From Bacteroidaceae bacterium (GTDB lineage: Bacteria > Bacteroidota > Bacteroidia > Bacteroidales > Bacteroidaceae), in NCBI GenBank assembly GCA_017615125.1, contig JAGAAS010000017.1, positions 6,008-70,007 on the forward strand: a stretch of DNA of 64,000 bases. Reading direction: 5' to 3'. Shown here in pieces: positions 63,767 to 64,000 of the stretch (position 1 is the first letter of the stretch; every line of letters begins with the position of its first letter). The translations under genes were made by a program, and so were the position numbers. The notes under the pieces were generated by a model. That model was not told the DNA's origin. It was given only the letters and a program-made list of their open reading frames with translations, and did not search any database.

Positions 63767-64000
63767 TTAGAACGTCAGCGTGAAGCCCAGGCCTCCGCTC
63801 GGGGTGACGCCGAAGTTTATCGCCACATCGTCGGACGAGGGCGAAGGCGCAGGATTCAGAAGTCCCTCGTTGTATATCTGAACGGATTTATTTATTTTCT
63901 TTATAGCAAGGGGATTAATTCCTAATGAAGCAGCCAAGCAAACACCTCCATAGGCTAATACCCCTTTATGAACTTTCTTTCCAGTGACATAATTCACTGC
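63767..64000 (-). CDS. C-terminal part of a hypothetical protein (gene continues beyond the right window edge)
   Basis: The open frame reaches the window end. It ends ...VAINFGVTPSGGLGFTLTF*, a beta-barrel-like terminal aromatic motif. The Met in the track at 63997 may be internal. Confidence 0.45.
   Translation of the reverse strand, partial: AVNYVTGKKVHKGVLAYGGVCLAASLGINPLAIKKINKSVQIYNEGLLNPAPSPSSDDVAINFGVTPSGGLGFTLTF

Noticed and set aside
1-64000. Search for defence, toxin-antitoxin, retron, DGR, prophage or biosynthetic gene clusters
   Set aside because: No reverse transcriptase, integrase, transposase, nuclease-ATPase pair, small toxin/antitoxin couple or secondary-metabolite enzyme was recognisable. 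The only mobile-element trace is the truncated gene at 25134-25556.

Overview
This 64-kb chromosomal segment looks like Bacteroidota of the Prevotella/Bacteroidales type. Supporting signs are a FeoA-FeoB fusion, an RseC-RnfBCDGEA cluster, DUF4270/DUF3822/DUF4861-type neighbours, an OMP_b-brl_3-type barrel, and TAnnTTTG -7 boxes 18-50 bp upstream of many starts. I call about 50 protein genes and one tRNA-Arg(ACG). Most are housekeeping: rfbAB, galM-MFS-galK plus galE, pntAA/AB/B, rnf, lon, tgt, htpG, birA, rsmD, ogt and a DEAD-box helicase. There are also scattered pectin/arabinan enzymes: GH28, DUF4861-like, GH51, a CE12-CE8 fusion and a tandem esterase. I found no CRISPR array, intact mobile element, recognisable defence or toxin system, or biosynthetic cluster. 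The signals not explained by ordinary annotation are listed here. (1) A dispersed, mosaic, hairpin-forming A/T-rich intergenic repeat family is present at 8 or more loci, with near-identical 48-73 nt cores. (2) Three exact-phase 22-bp repeats carrying a CAACGCGTTG palindrome lie in the leader of an HU-like gene. (3) PntB carries an ~88-aa coiled-coil linker. (4) A RIC/ScdA-type di-iron domain is fused to a LuxR HTH. (5) A ~1-kb AT-rich scar holds an inverted repeat, a truncated mobile-element-type gene and degenerate 22-bp repeats. (6) The tRNA-Arg has an apparent A19:U56 covariation. Several ORF-track entries needed correction: feoB is missing at the window edge, a 900-aa ORF is a chimera, and three TTG-extended starts are doubtful. 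All family names come from motif recognition by eye; no database search was run.
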